Shown: one piece after another, positions 57,691-64,000 of the stretch
Layout: each line of letters starts with the position of its first letter
How positions within the stretch are numbered: position 1 is the first letter of the stretch
NCBI GenBank assembly: GCA_038243585.1
Contig: JBBSQY010000006.1
Location: 1 to 64,000, forward strand
Direction of reading: 5' to 3'
From: Candidatus Sumerlaeales bacterium
Lineage (GTDB): Bacteria > Sumerlaeota > Sumerlaeia > Sumerlaeales > Sumerlaeaceae
DNA length: 64,000 nt
Translations under genes and position numbers: made by a program
The notes under the pieces: generated by a model
Database searches by the model: none
The model's input: only the letters and a program-made list of their open reading frames with translations
What the model was told of the DNA's origin: nothing

Positions 57691-60312
57691 CTACATTTGC
57701 TTGAGCACAGCTTTCATCAGGTTCGTACGCTGAAAGCTGTCTGGTATTAATGATAATGGAAACCCAAGCAAGATGACTTCACCCTCCGAGGATGTTGGTC
57801 GGGTCAGCGTTGCAGCGCTTCCGGCACTTACCCCACTGCTATATTTCATCAATTCAATGCTTCTGCCCTGTCGCAACTCTAACCGCGAAGGTGTCGTATC
57901 TGCCTTTTGCCAGAAATTGGGCCTCACTGCCAGTGAAAGTGATACACTTGTAGGAAAGAACCGGTCGTCCGTGCTGGCAATGGCCGAATTTGCGACGCCT
58001 GAATCAGCTTTCGAAACTCCCAGAACGTCTGACAGAAAGCTGCGATTACGGCCGCCCTCTTGATAGAGATTTGCGGCAAGTCCACTGCCAGATAAATACA
58101 GTTTTCCGCTTCTATTTAAAAAGCTGCGAAGCTGGTTTTGTATTTTCTCAGATAGAATTGGCTTTTCGGGATTCTGCGTTTCTGAGGTGACAAATAGTTG
58201 TTTATACGATTTCCAGTCAACGAGTCCGTCTTCGAAAGCCGCGCTGTCGGCACCGTCAAAAGCCTGTCCCGCAGCAACGAGGGCAAACGCTTCCGCTGCA
58301 CCGGATGGTTCCTCCATTGCATACAGCGCCCGTACCCGCTCCGTCTGGGCCGTAGCCTTATAAGGTCCACCGGGCTGGATTCCCAAATTGTAAGGTATAT
58401 TAGTAGACTTATCCAGCGAAGTGTGCACTGGCACAATTATGCTTTTCTTTGATGAACCTTTTTTGCCCGGTAAACCAACGGCAATGGTTTGAGATGGAAA
58501 TGACTCGCCACCTGCGTTTAGTGCGGTTACTCTAATAAAAGTAACTCCTCCGCTGGTGAGGGGGTCAACAGTCAAACCTTCCACCGTCGCACCTGCGGCA
58601 ACTCCGCCGTCAAATCCATAACCGTCCGGAGACCTGTACACCCTGAATTCCCTCGCCGGATCACCACTAAATTCGCTTTCAGTGCCACCCCGCCATTTTA
58701 CATTAATTTTGCCATCATCAATTAGCGCGGCGATTGCAACTGGCCGTGCAGGCGGCATTGTCACCGCGCTGCCTGGGGATGCAACTTCTGAATACCATTT
58801 AAGAACCCCACGCAGAGTAGCCTGCGCCATATGAATGCGCGATATTGGATTCAACAGGAATTCCACATCTTCGGCGTTATCGTGAAAAGCAGTTTCCACA
58901 ATAGTTGCGTTCATTTCATTCTGTATATAGTCCCGACGCAGTTCTCCGAAATTGATTCCGCTGTAAGTATTTCTTTCCCGATCAGACCATTTTGCATCAC
59001 CTGGCGTCTGCTCGGCTTTCATCTGTATGTTGATTTCCTGCCCAATAATTTCAGCGAGAGATTCCTGGTATGTGGGACGCTGTCCGGCACTGGCGTTAAA
59101 TAATGCAATTGCTCCGCGAGCTTTCCCTGTGCTCGCATTGGAATGAAAGCTTATGAGTATTCTATCGAAAAATGAACCCTCTGTCTCACGATTAACGTGC
59201 GCCGCCGCTTTAGGAGGGGATGAGATGGTCGAATTTCCGTCTTTACCGGTATCAAATATCCGCCTGTCTGTGTTTGCACCGAGAGCTCTTTCGATCCAGT
59301 AACTGTCGCCTTCATCTTCACGGAGAAATCCAGAAATACCGCCCGGACGGGGCACGTCGCCTTTCCCATTGCCAAAACGGACCGCATCGGCCACGACCAC
59401 GTTTCCATTATAGGCTTCGTACGGATCTAATACTTTATTGGTGGTTTCTACGTATCCGGTGTCACCTTTGTTAAAATAATAGGTACCTAACCAAACCCAT
59501 GTTTTTCCCACTTGCCGCCAGTTCACACGAATTTCTGCGTGTCCACCAGAGTGAACAATCCGGTATAACTGTTTTGAGCGGTCATCCCCATCTCGTGCCC
59601 AGACGTAAACCGGATAATAACCGGATTCAGGTATATAGGGCCGATAGCGAGCTATAGCTGTCTCCGAAAGGGTGGCTTTCGCAACGGCATAAGGGACAGC
59701 ATCCGTTCGTGCGCCGTAGAAACGGTCGGAGTCTCCTTTTCGCCAGTCTCCAAATAGTTCCACCTGGGGCATGGAATTATCCAGAATACGTTCATTCGGC
59801 TGGTAATCTATAGGTCGAAACGGAACAATGGTCGCGCCGGCGTTAAATGCCATATGGGCAAAAATGTGCATTTGGTCCGCATTGCCCATATCTTCCACCA
59901 TACCGTGAGACAGGCCGCGTTGGGTGTAGTAGTACATTTCCTCTGAATTATAGGTCCACCCGTGGCCCGCCATGGCAAACATCACTTTACCTGTCAAAGC
60001 TCCAGATGGCTGTTGATAAGCGGGACCGGAAAGCAATAACTGATCTGCTACGGCTTTAGAATAGGGCCTGGATGGTACCGGTGCGGATTCTATTGGCTCG
60101 CGGAAGTCATCAGCCTCAGCCATCTCAACTATCCAATCAGGCGAACCGGCAGCGGCTTCCTGAATTGTAAGCGATTCGGTTGTTTGTGCATAGCCGGCAT
60201 TAGGAATCAGAGATGAGCAGAGCGCAATTGCAAACGTGCTGGTTTGAAAAACGCCTGCAAAAAGGCGAAAAACTTCGCCAGATAAGTTAAAGGTTATCAA
60301 GAAGCGGTTCAT
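57691..60312 (-). CDS. Secreted N-acetylmuramoyl-L-alanine amidase (Amidase_3-like) with inserted golvesin/Xly-type beta domain and FN3-like domain
   Basis: AGHG, VED, ISFHSNA, IVETAFHDN; insertion spanning 'PYIPESGYYPVYVW...VVADAVRFG'; FN3-like 'RVTALNAGGES'. Confidence 0.72.
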   Translation of the reverse strand: MNRFLITFNLSGEVFRLFAGVFQTSTFAIALCSSLIPNAGYAQTTESLTIQEAAAGSPDWIVEMAEADDFREPIESAPVPSRPYSKAVADQLLLSGPAYQQPSGALTGKVMFAMAGHGWTYNSEEMYYYTQRGLSHGMVEDMGNADQMHIFAHMAFNAGATIVPFRPIDYQPNERILDNSMPQVELFGDWRKGDSDRFYGARTDAVPYAVAKATLSETAIARYRPYIPESGYYPVYVWARDGDDRSKQLYRIVHSGGHAEIRVNWRQVGKTWVWLGTYYFNKGDTGYVETTNKVLDPYEAYNGNVVVADAVRFGNGKGDVPRPGGISGFLREDEGDSYWIERALGANTDRRIFDTGKDGNSTISSPPKAAAHVNRETEGSFFDRILISFHSNASTGKARGAIALFNASAGQRPTYQESLAEIIGQEINIQMKAEQTPGDAKWSDRERNTYSGINFGELRRDYIQNEMNATIVETAFHDNAEDVEFLLNPISRIHMAQATLRGVLKWYSEVASPGSAVTMPPARPVAIAALIDDGKINVKWRGGTESEFSGDPAREFRVYRSPDGYGFDGGVAAGATVEGLTVDPLTSGGVTFIRVTALNAGGESFPSQTIAVGLPGKKGSSKKSIIVPVHTSLDKSTNIPYNLGIQPGGPYKATAQTERVRALYAMEEPSGAAEAFALVAAGQAFDGADSAAFEDGLVDWKSYKQLFVTSETQNPEKPILSEKIQNQLRSFLNRSGKLYLSGSGLAANLYQEGGRNRSFLSDVLGVSKADSGVANSAIASTDDRFFPTSVSLSLAVRPNFWQKADTTPSRLELRQGRSIELMKYSSGVSAGSAATLTRPTSSEGEVILLGFPLSLIPDSFQRTNLMKAVLKQM

Positions 60313-60334
60313 TTAAAAAGGGTCTTAAACAGAT

Positions 60335-62965
60335 TTGCCAGTGACAATGAAAATCGGCAATAAGAGTCCTCTCTGCAAACGAGAAACAAAACAGGCTAAA
60401 TTTATAATGACTTATTTTTACCGTAGAACAGGCTTCATCCCAATGCTCGCACATCTGATCTTTAATATCTACTTGTCCTATTTCGGCGCCGCGCCAATCA
60501 CATGCGCAGAACCCTTTAAATTAGACGCGCCCATTATCGCGGTACCCGTTGGGCTTACGACCACCCGTCAGCCCCGTATTGAGTGGCGGTCTGTCGCCAG
60601 TGACAGTTATCAGGTTCTCGTCACAGCAGAAGAGACGACTGCCAGTCAAATCTTATGGGATTCCGGCATCGTCGAAAGCGATGACAAATGGACAACGGCC
60701 GTACCGCAACTGCCGGTCAATTCGACACTATACACCCATGTTCGAGTAAAGACCAAACAGCGATGGACAAACTGGAGCCCCCGTAGCGTCCCGTTTCGTA
60801 TTCAGCCAGTTCCCCAAGCAGCAGGGGATATAATTACCTATGATCTAAGCTATTCCAGAAAGTTACCCGCACCCGAAGCCTTTGGCCATGCACATTTGGT
60901 TAGCGTTCTTCAGGGTATTGTCAATCGCGACCAGCCACAGCTATTTGTCAATTTCGTGAGAGCGAAACGCTTACCTGACGGGGTAGATAATTACTGGCTG
61001 AATCGTTTGCAAGAGCCTGAAGGATGGCTTGCAAAGAAATCATTGGTACCGGAGGATGAAATTCTGGCGTTGGTGAACCGATTTCGATCTTCAATAGATG
61101 GAGTTGTGATTTGGGATCCCGAGGTTAACGCGACGTCCAATATAGCTTCTACGGTAGCCGGCGCAGACAACTTGCTTCCAGTCAGATACGATCCCTCCCC
61201 AGGATCTTTTTATACTAGGCTTGTCACCAGCGGCCCACAACTCCCTGTACGGCTTAATCTTGTGGGAAAGTTCACCGGCACAGGAACAATACCAGACACA
61301 GCCAGAGCCTCCAGTGGAAGCAGGAAATGCGACGCCTACATTTGGGCTGTTGAAAATTATCTGAAAACAAAACGCTCAAACCCGCAAAAACTGGGTTATT
61401 ATCTCGATGCCTATTGGATAAGCGAGCCCGGTGGCGACGCTCAGCTTCATACGTTGACGAATCACGACTATTTTGTGGCTAACAAAGGGTTCTTCTGGGA
61501 CTTGTCACCTTGGTCCGATGAGACCCCCGTGGACGATCCCGATCAGCCCCTTGGAGCCGACTTAAATACTTTAAAAGAAATATACGTTTCGTCTTACGAA
61601 GCAATGGCGGGTGCCAAATTTAGTCATACGGGTGGATTTACGCCTTGGCATCTAAAATATACAAACTCTCACGGGGCGGGAGGCACCCATGGTGCTGTGG
61701 AAACCGAATGGGAAACCGCTCGGATATTATCCGCTTATAACTCGTACCTCGATGCCGACGCCATCGGGATTTGCGCAATGGCCAATGCTTCCCTGTATCA
61801 GCACATGCCATTGCCCGAGCGATACTCCCAGCCTGTGCCACCTATGCCAGAAGAGCTCCAGCGACAGGGGCTGTTAAGCCAGCGAAATTTGGTGACAACT
61901 GCGACATACATCCTGCATTATGTGGGAGACTATGACTCGGCGGCTTGGGCTACAAGCATGCTCCCAGGTTTTTGGGACGCTGGCGACAGAGGATCTGTAA
62001 ATATGGGCTGGGCGATTAATCCTAATCTGAGCGAACGCGCTCCCATGTTTTTTGAATATGCCTACAGAACACGGACGGCACACGACCACTTCATGGCAGG
62101 GGATTCAGGAGCAGGGTACGTTAATCCCACTCAGTTGCTATCGCCTCGCCGACCATCTGGTTTGCCTTCCGCCGTAGAGGCATGGCAGCATCATTGCCGG
62201 CAATTTTACCAGGCGTTCGGAATGAACTTTACCGGGTTTGTCATTAATGGCCTTTCTGGAGTCATTGGGCCGGAGGCGGAACGCATTCATACGGCTTTCT
62301 CTCCAAACGGCATTGTTATTCAGGAGGCGGTAAACCAGGGCGACGTTCACCTGGAAGGTACAATGCCGGTGTTTGTTCACAATTCTGATCTTAGTGTCAA
62401 TGCGCCGGAGGCCGCGGATACGGTTCACTCTCTCGCGCAACCAGACACCCTGCAATTCCTCATGTTCCGAAGCATCCTACGGCCTGTTTCGTATTATGCT
62501 ACCCTGAACAACTTGCTGCGCAGTAGTCGTCCCGATTTGAATTATGTCTTCTGTAGCCCAGACGTTTTTTCATATTTAGCACGGGTACATTTAGGTTCAG
62601 ACAATAACCAAATGGCCAGCTACCTTTTCGACACTATTCCCCAGGACATGCAGGCAGGAAACTCCTACCCGGTCCAGATAGCGATCCGGAACGATGGGTG
62701 GGACACATGGAAGGGCGGAAAAGGCGGAACTCACGGACTCCTGGTCGAAATTTCCGTAAACGATAAGTCTACATCACCCACCTTTTATCCCATGCCCCGC
62801 GACGTTCCACCCGGTGACTCGATCGTCATAAAAGTCGAAATTACGGCATGCGACAGGGGTGGCTCGCAAACGATTAATTATGAAATGGCCAGTAACAACG
62901 GCGCGAATAAGTTTTCCAGCAGTGGTGACCCCGCTTTTGTGCAAAAGCTAAAGGTCGAAATATAA
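60335..62965 (+). CDS. GxGYxYP-family putative glycoside hydrolase with flanking Ig/FN3-like domains
   Basis: LQGIVNRDQPQL, VIWDP, GDYDSAAW, SGAGYVNP. Start probably later (e.g. ATG 60443). Confidence 0.72.
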   Translation: MPVTMKIGNKSPLCKRETKQAKFIMTYFYRRTGFIPMLAHLIFNIYLSYFGAAPITCAEPFKLDAPIIAVPVGLTTTRQPRIEWRSVASDSYQVLVTAEETTASQILWDSGIVESDDKWTTAVPQLPVNSTLYTHVRVKTKQRWTNWSPRSVPFRIQPVPQAAGDIITYDLSYSRKLPAPEAFGHAHLVSVLQGIVNRDQPQLFVNFVRAKRLPDGVDNYWLNRLQEPEGWLAKKSLVPEDEILALVNRFRSSIDGVVIWDPEVNATSNIASTVAGADNLLPVRYDPSPGSFYTRLVTSGPQLPVRLNLVGKFTGTGTIPDTARASSGSRKCDAYIWAVENYLKTKRSNPQKLGYYLDAYWISEPGGDAQLHTLTNHDYFVANKGFFWDLSPWSDETPVDDPDQPLGADLNTLKEIYVSSYEAMAGAKFSHTGGFTPWHLKYTNSHGAGGTHGAVETEWETARILSAYNSYLDADAIGICAMANASLYQHMPLPERYSQPVPPMPEELQRQGLLSQRNLVTTATYILHYVGDYDSAAWATSMLPGFWDAGDRGSVNMGWAINPNLSERAPMFFEYAYRTRTAHDHFMAGDSGAGYVNPTQLLSPRRPSGLPSAVEAWQHHCRQFYQAFGMNFTGFVINGLSGVIGPEAERIHTAFSPNGIVIQEAVNQGDVHLEGTMPVFVHNSDLSVNAPEAADTVHSLAQPDTLQFLMFRSILRPVSYYATLNNLLRSSRPDLNYVFCSPDVFSYLARVHLGSDNNQMASYLFDTIPQDMQAGNSYPVQIAIRNDGWDTWKGGKGGTHGLLVEISVNDKSTSPTFYPMPRDVPPGDSIVIKVEITACDRGGSQTINYEMASNNGANKFSSSGDPAFVQKLKVEI

Positions 62966-63038
62966 TGATATAATTCTGTAAACCTCAGCCTATAATCGCA
63001 CTGTCATCTAACACAGAAACATAAGCCAGCCTACAGCT

Positions 63039-64000
63039 CTAATTGGTGGAAGGTCCCGGGGGAGCGGTGCGTAATATGGTCCAACCTGCAATACCCGCAA
63101 TGAGCGACCCTGCTAATATTCCAATTTTCGAAATCTCAAGCAGCTGAGATTCCCCGAAAGCCAGATTCGCGACAAAAAGACTCATTGTGAACCCGATTCC
63201 GCCTAGAAACGCAACGCCAATCACATGGCGCCAGGTTACTCCTACAGGCATAGACGCAAGGTTTAACCTGATAGCCAACCATGAAAATAGGCTAACACCA
63301 ATAAGTTTACCCACCACCAAACCGACTATAATTCCAAGACTCACCGAACTTCCAAGCGCGGCAACTCCGCCGCCCGCCAGACTAACTCCCGCGTTTGCAA
63401 AAGCAAAAATAGGCAGAACCGTAAAAGTAACCCACGGATGGAGCTCATCTTCTAGCCGACTCAGCGGTGTCTGCACACCTTCTGTAAGATCCTGCAAGGA
63501 ATTTAACACACCATGACGGTCACTGTTAAGCCCCCGCTCTATATCCAGTGGTCCTGCTTCCTCAAACCCGTTAAGTAGCTGGCGCCCATTTTCCAGAAAC
63601 TGCGCCTCGGCGATTCGCGTGCGAGCCGGAATTGCCATAGCCAGTAAGACCCCCGCAACAGTGGCGTGAACTCCTGACTTAAGGATGGCTATCCACAGAA
63701 CCGCGCCGACCAAGCCATAAACGACCGGCCTGCGTACTCCCATGGTATTTAACGCAATGGCCGCCGCAAGCATGATACCAGACACCAGAAGAGCCCCAAG
63801 GGACACTTTCGCAGTGTAAAAAATCGCAATTACCAGTACGGCCCCGATATCGTCGACAATGGCAAACGCCGTAAGAAATATTTTTAACGACAACGGCGCA
63901 CGCTTTCCAAGCAGTTGCAAAACACCAAGGGAAAAGGCTATATCCGTAGCCATGGGAATTCCCCAACCGTGGCTTCCGTCTCCACCGACGTTAAACACAG
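63039..64000 (-). CDS. nhaA: Na+/H+ antiporter NhaA (5' end lies beyond the window)
   Basis: GWGIPMATDIAF, AIVDDIGA, KSGVHAT, GIGFTMSLF. Confidence 0.95.
   Translation of the reverse strand, partial: VFNVGGDGSHGWGIPMATDIAFSLGVLQLLGKRAPLSLKIFLTAFAIVDDIGAVLVIAIFYTAKVSLGALLVSGIMLAAAIALNTMGVRRPVVYGLVGAVLWIAILKSGVHATVAGVLLAMAIPARTRIAEAQFLENGRQLLNGFEEAGPLDIERGLNSDRHGVLNSLQDLTEGVQTPLSRLEDELHPWVTFTVLPIFAFANAGVSLAGGGVAALGSSVSLGIIVGLVVGKLIGVSLFSWLAIRLNLASMPVGVTWRHVIGVAFLGGIGFTMSLFVANLAFGESQLLEISKIGILAGSLIAGIAGWTILRTAPPGPSTN

Overview
A 64 kb stretch of core chromosome from a diderm bacterium (roughly 45-50% GC by eye). The lineage cannot be fixed from sequence alone. The mix of heptose/LolA envelope genes, CdaA-CdaR and an E. 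coli-type complex I suggests a poorly characterised non-proteobacterial lineage (inference). Contents: argC, lysC, argD-argF, heptose-7-phosphate kinase, an alternative sigma-70 factor, holB, ppa, rpsF-ssb-rpsR followed by tRNA-Val and tRNA-Asp, a complete nuoA-N operon with fused nuoCD, gcvT-H-PA-PB, a LuxE-like synthetase, thpR, ruvB, a CPA1 antiporter-RCK-PTS EIIA fusion directly before cdaA-cdaR-pdxJ, a speY-like homospermidine synthase, an O-antigen-ligase-like gene, two large multidomain hydrolases and a partial nhaA. I found no mobile element, prophage or CRISPR array. Best leads: (1) the antiporter/RCK/EIIA fusion linked to the c-di-AMP cyclase module; (2) a sigma-54-type promoter with three enhancer-like sites in front of the RpoS-like sigma gene; (3) an uncharacterised DHS-fold protein coupled to lysC near the heptose kinase; (4) several translational signals (nested LysC beta start, A_AAA_AAG plus hairpin, a uORF on cdaA, a broken thpR start). 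All family calls come from motif recognition, not database searches.
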